Source: Octopus vulgaris (lineage: Eukaryota). Taken from it: 64,000 nucleotides of DNA. Each line of letters starts with the position of its first letter. Within the stretch, counting starts at the first letter, position 1. The notes under the pieces are model-generated. The model did not search any database. It was given only the letters and a program-made list of their open reading frames with translations, and had not been told where the DNA came from. Position numbers and translations under genes: made by a program. Positions 12,087 to 24,827 of the stretch are shown here, in pieces. Location of the stretch: the NCBI GenBank assembly GCA_951406725.2, contig OX597815.1:45136001-45200000 (forward strand). Direction: 5' to 3'.

Positions 12087-13209
12087 AGTTTCTAAAATTA
12101 AGTCAGTGCCCCAGCCTGGTCGCAGCCCAACGACTAAAACAAGGAAAAAGTAAATGATATACCCTAACTTGGTCAAAGTTACCAGTACCTGTTTTCTTTC
12201 GGCAATACTACTATTTTATTTCACACACACACACACACACACACTCTCTCTCTCTTTCTCTTGTACGTATATGTATACCTTATAATGTAACCATAAATAT
12301 TGTCTAATGCAGTCACACAAGCTACGAATATATATGTGTGTGAGCATAAAATACATTATGTATAGATAACCCTATAATATCACTTTATTCGTTTGAGATA
12401 TGTGGTATTACGAGATTTCATTGTTTATACTCAACATGTTGCTAACCACAGTCATGGAACATCTGGCCATAAGTTCATATTAGTCATTGTGTTTATATTC
12501 CTAATACGACAGTGATTCAGTTTTTACTTAGCGGTTTGTTTCCAAATTACATGCAGAGAGTAACAGATTTTTTTCATAATACCGTAATTTATATCGTTAA
12601 ATTATTATACGTATACGAAACGTCGTAACTTTCAGTGTTGGCTATCAACTCTATAGAAATTCTGTAGAGATAAACTTAACAATGTCAAATCAATATGCAA
12701 ATAACTTATTTCAAGATGTTTCTGAATTTTTATCGTTTCCGAATAATACTTGAGAGCGATTGTAGAGATTTATTTATTAAATCCAAATAAATATGCGGGC
12801 TTCAATGATTATCAAGAGGATCAACACATCGTATTTAATAATGAAATTCATGAGATCAATATCTTCTAAAATACGTAGAATAATTTTTTATACATAAAGC
12901 ACATTGCTCAGACATATTTATGTAAGCAAATTATTAAGAGTTATGTAAAAAAAGAGAAAACGATTCATTAAAAAAAAAAAAAGTCTGGTAGAAAAGCTCA
13001 TTTCGTGTTATGTGCTTTACTATATCCTTCTTGTAGGCTTGAGCCCAACAGACGAGTGTTTCAGATAAGCATTCTACTAAACTCACTCATTACGAACCAA
13101 ACAGGAATCTTCACATGCTCCCTCGATTCACAAAATGTTTTTCAATCGACATTATCGTTTTCCCAAAACGAAAGACATATTAAGTCCTAGATAAATGATA
13201 AAATATTCG

Positions 13210-13430
13210 GAAGCAGTGAGCTACTGGCTGAGTCGTTACTGTCTCGGACAAAATGCTGAGCGATATTGCTTCCAGCACTTTCCCCCCTCAGTTCAAATTC
13301 GCCGAGGTCAGTTTTGCCGTCATCTTTCTGGGGACGATAAAAGAATGTACCAGTCAAGTAATAGAGTTCATATAACCGACTTGCTTCATCCCCTCAAAGA
13401 TTGCTAGCCTTCTGCCAAAATTAGAAAGAA
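13210..13430 (+). mobile_element. Decayed SINE family A copy
   Basis: GTGAGCTACTGG...CAAAATGCT...GTTCAAATTCGCCGAGGTC...GGGGACGATAAA. Confidence 0.6.
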
Positions 13431-13684
13431 TAAATTATGAATTGCTTGAATTGCTTTAAAACTGATCATTGCAATGGAGTTATTCATTTCATCAGCATTA
13501 TGCTAAATGAAAAATCAAATGTAATAGAGATACACACAAACATGCGCGCGAGCATTTAAAACTACAAATTCATGTGAACGCATAAGACTCCCTGATTTCA
13601 CAAAACACTGGCCACTGCGTTCTGTGAAATATATTTATGTGTGTGACTCAAAGTCTCACACATAAATATATACTTATAATATAT

Positions 13685-14260
13685 ATACTACGGGCTTCTT
13701 TCAGTTTTCGTCTACTAAATCAACTCACAAGGCTTCGGTCGGCCAGAGGCTATAGTAGAAGACAATTGCCGAAGGTGTCACGCTCTGGGACTGAATCCAC
13801 AACCATGTGGTTGGGAAGCAAGCTCCTTACCATACAGCCACGCCTGCAGACTGCTGCTATGCAGGAGCACTGCCTTGAAGGTAGTCGGACAAATCGATCT
13901 CAGGACTTCTTTTTAGAATTTGGTACTTATTCTATGGTTTTCTTTTTTGCTGAACCGCTAGCTTATGGGGACTTAAACAAACCACCACTGGCTGTCAAGC
14001 GGTAGTGGGTGACAAACATACGTGTGTGTGTGTGTGTGTGTGTGTCATTGTGTTTCTATTTGCCTCACGATCATCGCTTGACAACCGTTTTGGGTTTCTT
14101 TACATCCCTCAAGCATTGGCGGTTCGGCAAAATATATCGACAGAATAAGTATCAGACTTTTAAACTATAAGTACTGGGGTTGATTTGTTCGATTAAATCT
14201 TTCGCGACAGTGCTCCAACTTGGTCGCAGTCTAACGACCAAAACAAGAAAAGGATAAAAG
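13685..14260. mobile_element. Cluster of SINE family B fragments (head and tail on -, tail on +)
   Basis: Matches segments of the full copy at 54321-54767. Confidence 0.75.
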
Positions 14261-15780
14261 ATATACTCTAAATTAGTCACGGATACCAGCACCTGTTTGC
14301 TTTCGGAAATACTACCATCCTACTTATGGAGTAGCCATTAATTGAGTATCAACGTGGTCTTTCGACCTGCTAGTAATAGCAACTAAATCCATCTGAAATA
14401 GTATCTAATATTTTTAAAAATAGAAAAAAATATAATGTATAATATAGCAATAAATTTATTGGAAACAAAAATCAGTAAGAAATACTTAGGCTGAAAGATC
14501 TGTATCATCGGTAAGAAAATAACAACCGTTTCCTTTCCTTTTTAGCTAAGTTCGAAAATTTAATGCCTTGTTTTTGGCGAGCACCAGATCAGCTTTAAGT
14601 AAGCATATTGATCAAAAGTATTCTGATAATGGTCATCCCATCTTTCGCCCGCCAGATATATGCCAAGAACTATAATATATATGCCCTCCCTTTGTTAATA
14701 CAGCAGGGTGAGATTTGAGAGAGACTAGGTTTCATTATTATTTCTCGAAATTTTGGAAACCACGTAGAGACTCATTCTTTAGTTCATAAAACTTCTCGTA
14801 TTATACGTATGTCTGCTAAATTACCGCAACTTCTGTAATTCAGTAATTAATATCTCCTCTGATACAGTTACAAAGAATATAGTTTGATTATATATTTTCT
14901 TTCTCACTATTTTGTTAATTATAATTTTCCTAACAAAGAACCATAGTGTTGATAACTTCATGTTATAGTCCTTCTTTTTAAGACTTACTCTTTCATACTT
15001 TTACAATATCTGTTAAAAATATTGCGTCTCTCACGTTGAATATATGAATAAAAACAACAAAAAGATTAAAAGATGTTGGTAAGATAACTTTTTCATTGAT
15101 TCTATCTTCAATTCAAAATAATGTTTTCAATAAAGTTTCAAATAAAATGAATAAAAAAGAAAAAGATTTCATTGAGTAATGAAAAAAGAAACATCTGTTT
15201 CTTCTACGATGAGATTATTTCCCGATGAAAATATTTACAACTGTTTACGCTTTACTCTTCACGAATATAATTTTATTGCTAACGTTCTTCAGCCAACTTT
15301 CTGCCTCTCAGAGAATTTTCTTAGACATCTCTGAGAAAAATAAACAGACGATGTATCGTTAAATCTTGTGTATGTTATCTCCCGAAAAATCTTCTGTTAG
15401 TAATTTGTGATGTAACGTAGAAGTCAATATAACAGTTAGCTAATGTCAAATAAATAACGAATTTTAGAATATTCTCGATTCATTGTTTAATGATATCTAA
15501 TTTATAGACTCAACTAGAAATAATAAACTTCATGAATGCCGATAGTGTTCTCTTAAATATAAACACTCGAACATTTGATACTTTTCACGCTAAATGGAAT
15601 GAAATAGCTTTAGTTAAGAAGTAAAATCGCTTTGCAAACACGGCATACGAAAGAGTTTAACTCTATAATCTCTATTTAATAATAGTCGATATAAATGCTG
15701 GTTGTTTGGTCGGTTGGTTCTCCAGTTATAATTTACCTCCTTTAGTGAAGGATGGGGAGAGAGTGAAAGCGAGATACTTA

Positions 15781-16464
15781 TACGAGGTGCGGGATACGTG
15801 AACATGCTAGATATTGAGTAAAGGAACGATATACACATGGATTGTCTTTTTGTCTCTGGCTCAAAGTGATGAGCCCATCCTGGCTTGGGAAACGTTCAAG
15901 GAAACCAGCTGGATCTGACTCAAACAATATCGGATTTTCCGGTGATGTGATCAACCAGGTGCACCTTTGATCAAGTGTCAGAAACATGGTATCCACCGAG
16001 CAGAAACTATCGCCATGCCAATATCGCTGTGTAGAATATTCCCAACTCTCACTGGATACGCTAATAGCATTGGCTATTTGATTTATAGTCAATCGTCTAT
16101 CATCCATCAGCATTTGGTGAACACGATCAATGTTTCCCTTGGTGGTGGCAGTTGCAGGACGTCCTCAGCTTGGGTCATCTTCAAGACTCTCCCTTCTCCT
16201 CCTTTTGCACTGCTGATAAAGCTGGGGATTAAACCCTTTTACAGCACAATGCCAAATTTTTACAGCACAATGCCAATTTTGTCCATTTTCAAGAGAAGTA
16301 GCTACCAGTTATTTCTGAAGTCTTCTCCGAGCAGTTAGATATCAGTTTACCTGGAAAGAAACAATGCAGTTATTAATAAGATGCTTTGAAATTAATGCTG
16401 GAAATATTTTACAGCTCTGACACCACTCCCTCTTAGTCAGCCTATGAACTTTTCAGCCCACTCT
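15781..16464 (-). mobile_element. mariner (irritans/Himar-like) 5' half with TIR
   Basis: TA + AGAGTGGGCTGAAAAGTTCATAGGCTG terminus. RESLEDDPS*GRPATATT...IDRVHQMLMDDRRLTINQIANAIS...FLERF. Left boundary uncertain. Confidence 0.8.
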
Positions 16465-16802
<338 letters not shown>

Positions 16803-18705
16803 TGATCACAACCTTATGAAAAATTTCTTACAATCGTGTCTACTTAGATCTGTCTATCTTGTTTTTCTGCTCCGTCATCCCAGGTGTTTTTGATACAAGT
16901 TTTATTAACGTGTCTCAAAGCAAGCGTTTTGAAAATATCATGAAATGCATTTTTTTATATGCAGAATATTCTAAAATATTTTACTATGCAACCTGTATAT
17001 AGATAAGATGGTATTTTAGCCTGCTTAGTTCCTCAGTTTCTATGATATGCGAAATATTTGGGTCAAAAAGGAGAGTCTCTCAGTGATGTATTTGTCCCAT
17101 TTTCTATTCGAGTCCTTCATAGTTCTTGTTTTTGTTTGTTTCTGTGAGCTATTTCTTTCGCTTGTCTGTGTGTGTTTGTACACGTGTGTGTGTGAGCGTG
17201 TTATTTTCTTTTTGACAAAACTGTTATTAAATATATAATATTTCACCAGTTAACTATATAGAAAGTGTCTGTAAGTCTAAATATGATATATAAAAAGAGA
17301 AAAAAAGTGATAAATGTGTAAACTTGTTTGCTCCTATGTTTCTGAACAGGTAATTAAAGAGCAGTGTACGTTCACTCAGTCAAATAAATTACACCGTAGA
17401 TTACTGCGAACATTTGTAATACAGATGACATTTTATATTTTTTAGTATTTTAAGAAGGCAAAGAAAATGCTTTGCATTAAGACAAGCTGAACATTATATT
17501 TAAAGGGAGAAATTAGTTTAAATATTAGTGAAAGTGATTCAAAAATACAGTATGAATTCAAATCTTCTGAAGGTATTAATTATGAGCAATAACATTTGAA
17601 ATAGAAGGTAAATAGTAAAATAAGATGTGTTCATCCTAATCATTAAACCACAGATTTTCCAGCGACCTAAAATGATACTTCTGTTTTCTTTTCTCTTCTT
17701 ATTTGCACCCCAATAAGCGAGGATTAATTTATCTGAACTCGCGTGTAATAAGTTTAATAGCGAGTAGATACTTGCACGTTAGCCATTTTATGCAAACCCA
17801 TAAAAAGAGTCAGGGCCTCAAGATAACCGGGAATAATGATCCTGAAGTTAAGTACTTCTGTAGCTGGTTTTTCGTCTCCCTTACTGCGTCTGTTCTAAGA
17901 ACAGAACAGAAAACTGCAACTGAATTAAACATTTATTGCACATATATCCCCGATTATCACTGTTTCATTCATCACTGATTTGGATAACACTGTTCACTAA
18001 TCGTTAACTTTATTTACCCTTATCACACTTGATCTGTGATAACACGGGTCGGCGACTAGTAAAAGATTCCTCTTGGATCGCAAAAGCGTACATCAGCGAC
18101 CATCTACAATGTTCAAGATAACAAGGATCTCCAGAACGAAATCTATTTTCCGCCATTTATTGTATCAGTGATTCTATAGTGAAAACAAACACCCTTGATA
18201 AACGAGTATAAATGTACAATACTCCCGTAGATAACTACACTGAACTTTAATTCTCTCATGGACTTGTATGTAATAAGTGTAATCACAAATAGATACTAGC
18301 ACATTAGCTATTTTATGTAAATTCATAAAAAAAGATTCAGGGCCTCGAGACAAATGGGAATTATTATCTTTGATAAACGAGGATAAATGTACAATACTTC
18401 CGTAGATAACTACACTGAACTTTAATTCTCCCGTCACATAAATTAGAATTGTGATAGCATGTTAAATTTAGTGATGGACATTGCACAGTTAAGGAAACGT
18501 ATACGTTTTCGACTTTTAATAATCTTTCAATTCGATCATTTACATTCTCAAAATTTCCTTCGTGGTGTTTGCCACAGCTCTTCTTAGATTGATGATGGAC
18601 GAATACGTTAAAGCAACTATGACATCTCCAAATTATGGAAAGCGTAGCGCAAGCCATAGAGTACAAATTATCTATTGTAGGTAATGTAGAGAATAAAACT
18701 ATAAG

Positions 18706-18999
18706 CGTCGCCCTTTTCAAGCCTAGCCAGGCTCATGGGCCCGGTTTCCCGGTTTCTGTGGCGAATGTGTTCTCCCCAGCTGGACGGGACGCCAGTCCAT
18801 CGCAGCGTTACTCAAGAAAACAGGAAGAGAGAGAGTGAGAAAAAGTTGTGGTGAAAGAGTACAACAGGGGTCGCCACCAACCCCTGCAGGAGCGTCGTGG
18901 AGCTGTTAGGTGTTTTCGCTCAATAAACATACACAATGCCCGGTCTGGGAATCGAAGCCGCGAGTCCGCTGCCCTAACCATTGGGCCATTGCGCCTCCA
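18706..18999 (-). mobile_element. tRNA-derived SINE family C with V-domain-like segment
   Basis: Minus: GGAGGCGCAATGGCCCAATGGTTAGGGCAGCGG...TTCGATTCCC (A/B boxes) and GCTGCGATGGACTGGCGTCCCGTCCAG resembling V-SINE 3' segments. Confidence 0.8.
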
Positions 19000-19471
19000 C
19001 AACATAGAGAATAGTGCACCATAAATATTATGTTTCATATTGCAGAAATAATGTAACATAAATATTTTGCTGTATATTACAGAACACCAGACATACAGTA
19101 TATTATATGTAATGATATAACAGTCGTAAAAAAAGGGTGTTTAGGTGTGCGTTTGAGTCGAGAAGTGGTGAGAGACATATATATGCGTATATGTATTTAG
19201 GTATATTCATACTTCCATAGTTCCACTTGTTGAGTTAATCATATTTGGTATACACTATCAATTTAGATCGACTACATTTTCAACCGTCTAGCGATTGAGT
19301 AAAGTGCAAATATATCTTAATGACCTTTCGTATATGCGCCTGCCGGATAAAATGTTAGTAAACTGCCCCCACTTCACACTCACACACACACACACGCGCG
19401 TAACCTATGTTGCAGATATATGAACACGATTAACTTAGCTATTTCTCAGCAGCTTGAATAAATGATGAACA

Positions 19472-19513
19472 ACCTTAGTTGGTTTCGAACCCTGTCGGGT
19501 TCCCATCAGAGGT
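19472..19513 (-). ncRNA. Type I hammerhead ribozyme motif (A9G)
   Basis: Minus: ACCU-CUGAUGG-GAACCC GACA GGGUUC-GAAA-CCAAC-UA-AGGU. Confidence 0.7.
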
Positions 19514-19551
19514 CTCCACATCAATTTTGACCTGTACCACATAAAAACATA

Positions 19552-19606
<55 letters not shown>

Positions 19607-19645
19607 ATGTTTGTGTGCGTGCGTGTGTGTTTGTGTGTGTGTGTA

Positions 19646-20875
19646 TTAGGTGGTCAAGAATGAAATTTGTAGAAAAGAAAAGTGTTTCCAAAAGTTTTAT
19701 AAATACAAGGAATAGTTTTATTCATCAAAGTATGCACCCATACTGTGAATACACTTTTGGCATTTCAGTAGTAGCTTGTCCAGCCCAGAACTGTAAAAAC
19801 CTAGCAATCTAGAGTCAATAAAATCTTGGAAGGCCTGTTTTATAGCATCATCGGAATTAAATTGTTTTCCTGTCAAAAATGTTATCCAAATTCTAGAAGA
19901 AGCGGTAGTCATTGAAAGCAAGTTCAGGTGAGTATGGTGGATGATGGAGAACTTCCTGTCATTTTTGCGATGTGTGGTCTGGCGTTGCTTTGCAATAAAA
20001 TAGGAGTGGATATGTTGACTAATCTAGGCTGCTTTTTGTAAGTTTCTACATCATTTGGTCCAGTTGGCTGCAGTATACTTCGGCCGTGATTGATGAACCA
20101 GGTTTAATGAAATCATAATTGATCACACCTGCACCAGACCACCAAACACACATCATCAGCTTCTTTTGATGAATTTTGCTTTTTGGACTGTGTTTTGGTG
20201 GCTCGTCTTTGTCCAGCCATTGTGCTGAACATTTATGATTGTTGTATTGGATCCATTTCTCATCACATGTTACAATTCGATTAAAAAATGATTAATTTTT
20301 GTGACGAGAAAGTAGCATAATGCAGGCTTCCAAACGTTGTTGTTTCTGATTTTCATTGAGTTCATGTCGAACCCACTCATCCAAATTTTTCACTTTATCG
20401 ATTTAAACTGCTAACACCAAACAACAACGGTAATTCACAGGCACTTTGAGATGGATCTGACTTGGCGGTGGCTTTCAGTTCGTCATTATCCACCTTTGTT
20501 TCTGGTCGACCGCGTTGCTCTTTTGTGAAGTTACCAGAACGAAATTTTGCAAACCAATTTGATACTGTCTGGTGTGTAACAACTCTAGAATGAAATACTT
20601 CATTAATATTCCGAGCTGTCTGTGATGCTGTATTTCTAAGAAAGAACTCATATTTCAAAACTGTATGAATTTCCAGCTTATCCATCTATAAACAAAAATA
20701 GGAAAAAATTATTTATAAATACTTTATAAAGTGCAAAATGAGTTAGAATAAAGAAATAGATGTGTCAGCTTTCTAACAAAAAATAAAGATTGTCAAAATA
20801 TAATAATGGTGCAAAATGAGCAGCTGTCAAAATTTACCATATACCTTACTACACATTCCATACTTAACGACCTAA
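19646..20875 (-). mobile_element. Full-length decayed mariner (cecropia/Hsmar1-like), TA target duplication
   Basis: TIRs TTAGGTGGTCAAGAATGAAATTTGTAG / TTAGGTCGTTAAGTATGGAATGTGTAG. MDKLEIHTVLKYEF...WVRHEL...IVTCDEKW...NARPH...HPPYSPEL. Stops and frameshifts. Confidence 0.92.
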
Positions 20876-20905
20876 TATATATATATATATATATGTATAT
20901 ATATG

Positions 20906-20992
<87 letters not shown>

Positions 20993-21105
20993 TCAACAGT
21001 AGCAGCATTGCTAGAAATAAGAGTCAAAACAACTCTTAACCACGAGAAAGCACTTATCTTATGACTGGTAAGGAAGGCAAGCTCCCTACAGCATCCAGGA
21101 CATAC

Positions 21106-21149
21106 CCAGATCACCAGTGATTTCACATTTGATTAATGCTCGTCAGCGG
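21106..21149 (-). ncRNA. Type I hammerhead ribozyme motif, AUC cleavage triplet
   Basis: Minus: CCG-CUGACGA-GCAUU AAUCA AAUGU-GAAA-UCAC UG GUGA-UC-UGG. The host element ends at the (TA)n at ~20990. Confidence 0.7.
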
Positions 21150-21419
21150 CTCTTACCTGACTACATAAGATTAAGCTAGCTCACCTTATCAGTTTATAAG
21201 CGTTCCTGTAAAAATCGTATGCTAATTTCATAAATGGTAAAAGTGAAAATTATGAATAATAAAGGTTGCTTATTCGCTCCCTCAAACTTCTGGCTGAAGT
21301 AGAGCCTCGGCGGAAGTCGTTTTGAATCCAGGGTCCTGGATACTTTCATTTTCGAGAAACTCTATGGAGCTTCGCGAATCAGGTGGAGATCTACAAATGC
21401 ATTGAAACAGGAGGATCCT

Positions 21420-21507
21420 TGGCACCTTAGGAAAGTGTCTTTTACTATAGCCTCGGGCCGACCAAAGGCTTGTAGGTGGATTTGGAAGACAGAAACTGAA
21501 ACCTGTC
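21420..21507 (+). mobile_element. SINE family B head fragment
   Basis: GGCACCTTAGGAAAGTGTCTTTTACTATAGCCTCGGGCCGACCAAAG...GACAGAAACTGAAA. Confidence 0.75.
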
Positions 21508-21509
21508 AC

Positions 21510-21543
<34 letters not shown>

Positions 21544-21596
21544 TTAGTGAGGGAAGAAATGGAGCTGAACGAAGATTTTACAAATTCCTTTTTATT

Positions 21597-21682
21597 ATTT
21601 TCTACACATGTTTCAAAGGCTGCAAATTCCCTAATTCGGATTGAATAAGGAGACCATTTTGCAGCTTTCTCTTCAGGAAAAT
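21597..21682 (-). ncRNA. Type I hammerhead ribozyme with long stem II, in PLE-like pLTR fragment (21543-21760)
   Basis: Minus: AUUUUC-CUGAAGA-GAAAGCUGCAAA...UUUGCAGCCUUU-GAAA-CAUGUG-UA-GAAAAU. Confidence 0.75.
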
Positions 21683-21763
21683 CCAGGAACTTAAATCTCC
21701 AAACAAATGCGCAGCAAGCTTTTCGAACAAAGTTGTTCGAGATCAACTGCTTCGCCAAGAAAC

Positions 21764-21839
<76 letters not shown>

Positions 21840-21859
21840 GTGTATGTGTGCGTATGTAT

Positions 21860-22053
21860 TTGTTCCCCCACCCCAACACGGGTGTTGGTGTGTTTACGCC
21901 CCTGTAACTTAGCAGTCCGGCAAAGAGACCGATAGAATAAGTACTGGGCTTAAGAAATAAGTCCTGACGTCTATTTATTCGACTAAAACCTTTCAAGGCG
22001 GTACTCCAGCTTGGCCGCAGTCAAATGGCTGAAACAAGTAAAAGAATAAAAGA
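21860..22053 (+). mobile_element. SINE family B tail
   Basis: GGTGTGTTTACG...CGATAGAATAAGTACT...GGCCGCAGTCAAATGGCTGAAACAAGTAAAAGA. Confidence 0.8.
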
Positions 22054-22207
22054 ATGCGTGTGTGTTAAATTGAAATAAAATTCGAGTAAAAATCTCGCAA
22101 CGCGCATTTAATAGCGCTTATGCCATTATTTGACAACCACATGGTATCCTACACTAGGGTGTATTTCTAGGGCTGGATATACATGCGGAACTCCTCTTTA
22201 TATAAGA

Positions 22208-22590
22208 CTAGCAGTATCGCCCGGCGTTGCTCGGGTTTGTAAGGGAAATAACTATAAAGCATTTTTAGAGAGTTATAGCCAAAAAATAGCAAAAAAATGG
22301 GAAAAAATGATGCTAAATTTTTTTTGATAGTTAAAAAGGTCGAGTTGCGTCCCCTAGACCATCTGTGGTTTGTGTTTCTGATTGTCGACCCCATGTCGAA
22401 TTTATCGATCTTTTTCAGAACTGGGGGAACTTTTCAAAATTTTCGCTGCGTTAGTTTTGAATTATGACATTGGGCTATGTGTGTGTCAAGTTTCATCAGA
22501 ATCGGTTGAAAGCTGTGGTCAGAGTGAGGGTACAACCAAACAGACACACAGAAACACACACAGACAAACTGCCGTTTATATAGAGAGAGA
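22208..22590 (-). mobile_element. Non-autonomous Helitron
   Basis: Minus strand A|TCTCTCTCTATATAAACGG ... subterminal hairpin CCCGAGCAACGCCGGG ... CTAG|T. No TSD. Confidence 0.9.
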
Positions 22591-23784
22591 TTAATACAGG
22601 AATAATATAACACAAGGATGGAAGATAACAGGCTTAATAGATCACAGCATTTGTTTCTGCACCGCACATCAGTATTAACTTAAGTTGGTATAATGGTATA
22701 TTCATATACCATTATACAAGATTGTTTTTTTTTTTTATAATTACTAAATACTTGAATATTTGTCAGCAACAGACGTGTGTAAGCGCTTCATCGGGTGGAA
22801 TTCAAAAGAATATAATATTCTTATTCTTTTGAGAATATTTCAACAATATTTAAGAGGCGTAAATCTTTCTCTTCTGACTTCTCTTTCCTTGTCATAAATT
22901 TATTGAGGCTTACTGGGTAAAGGTTTAACAACAGGTTAAACAAATTTTAGTGACTTCTTTTTATAATATTAACATCTGCATGAGAAGTTTAGACAATCGG
23001 TTGTTTGGGCTACACCCAGATATATGTCACTCACAAATATAAATCCCAAAATAAGAGTTGTAATAGATAATTCAGTTCAAACTGCATATATTTATGTATT
23101 TATAACAAGTAAGGTTACTTGTAAAAGTAAGGTAAAACCGCAAGCTATTAGTATATGTTTCTGTCAGTGATTGACTGTAAACAACATAGAATAGAAATAT
23201 ATATGTGTATAGCATACGTATTTATTTTCATGTATACATATACTCAAATAGATAAAAGAGACAGAGAGACGTATATAAATATAACTTCACATGTAATTAT
23301 TAGACATATGGCCTTTCGCAAATATTTATGCATGCAATTCAGTGCAACTTTATAGCTCATAAATCAGAGCAAGTACTTTAACTATATGCAAAATCTAAAT
23401 GTGTCGTAACGTTATTTACTTTTGATCATTGTATATAATTATAAAGCGGTGAACTGTAAGAACGTCAGATAGATTGCCTTGCTGCTGTTCCTTCTATATC
23501 TCTACGTTCTTGGTTCAAGTCATGTCGAATGCACTGCTTTCATTCTTTCGATTCGATAAAATTCAAGTTCTATACTTATCTTTCTCTTTCCTTTCAAGGA
23601 AGAAATCGACTGGAAAGGGATGGACACCGTCAAGGTCTAAAATGCTCAAGGCGAGCAGTATGCTATGGCAACATTCCTATGATTCTATCAGGAGGTAAGG
23701 GCCCGAGGCAATAATACAATAGAACAACGGTTTTCCTCCCTTCAATACTTGTTATGCATTCATCATTTTAGAGGCATGCATGAA

Positions 23785-24045
23785 CTGCAAAATGGACTCC
23801 TTATTCAATCCGAATTAGGGACTTTGTAGCCTTCGAAACATATGTAGAAAATAATAAAAAGGAATTTTGTTAAATCTTCGTTCAGCTCCATTTCTTCCTA
23901 CACTTAATATATAAAACTTCAAATTTCCGCACTAAGGCACGGATTTTATGCCCCATAGTCGTAACTTCAACCGTGTTTTTTCTGTTGTGATTTTTGCTAC
24001 CCAGGTATCGGTTATCATTTGAATTGTCCGTAATAAGATAATTCA
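23785..24045 (+). mobile_element. PLE-like pLTR fragment, paralog of 21543-21665, carrying the 3' half of the HHR
   Basis: Inverted match to 21543-21665. GCCUUC-GAAA-CAUAUG-UA-GAAAAU. Ends at (TA)n. Confidence 0.7.
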
Positions 24046-24051
24046 TTTATC

Positions 24052-24114
<63 letters not shown>

Positions 24115-24116
<2 letters not shown>

Positions 24117-24348
24117 TGCGCTTCGTCCCAGCTGATATGATCAACGGAACAGCTTGCTGGTGAAATTAACGTGCAAGTGGCTGAGCACTCCACAGACACG
24201 TATACCTTTAACTTGTTCTCAGGAAGATTCACCGTGACATAGAGTGTAACAAGGCTGGCCCTTCGAAATACTGGTACTATTCATTTTTTCCAGCAACGTG
24301 AGATAAAGTGTCTTGCCCAAGGACACAACACGTCGCCAGGAATTGAAC
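24115..24348 (-). mobile_element. tRNA-derived SINE with CORE-like segment (family D)
   Basis: Minus: GTTCAATTCCTGGCGACGTGTTGTGTCCTTGGGCAAGACACTTTATCTCAC (B box + CORE-like motif). Confidence 0.7.
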
Positions 24349-24438
24349 AAACAATTCAAATACACGAATAAATAATACGAATAAAACGGACAATATGAGG
24401 ACGTACACAAGAAATGTATTAGCTCGTTGAAAGGAGAA

Positions 24439-24471
24439 TTTGACGTTTCGAGCATAACTCTTCGTCGCAAA
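24439..24471 (-). ncRNA. Minimal hammerhead motif (decayed) in PLE-like pLTR
   Basis: Minus: UUU-GCGACGAA-GAGU UAU GCUC-GAAA-CG-UC-AAA. Confidence 0.55.
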
Positions 24472-24551
24472 GGAGAAATGGAAAAGTCTCAAAAACACAA
24501 AGTTGCCAACGTCACACATGTAGTAACATTGCTGAAGTGACTGGAAGTAGG

Positions 24552-24586
<35 letters not shown>

Positions 24587-24675
24587 GCTTAGAACTCATT
24601 ATACATATAATGTAGAACAAAGTGTCTGTCACGTCCAGAACAGATAGATATATACACACATATTTATAGATGCCT

Positions 24676-24827
<152 letters not shown>

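Noticed and set aside
18930-18999. tRNA gene
   Set aside because: A/B boxes are present but there is no complete cloverleaf, and it continues into a SINE body.
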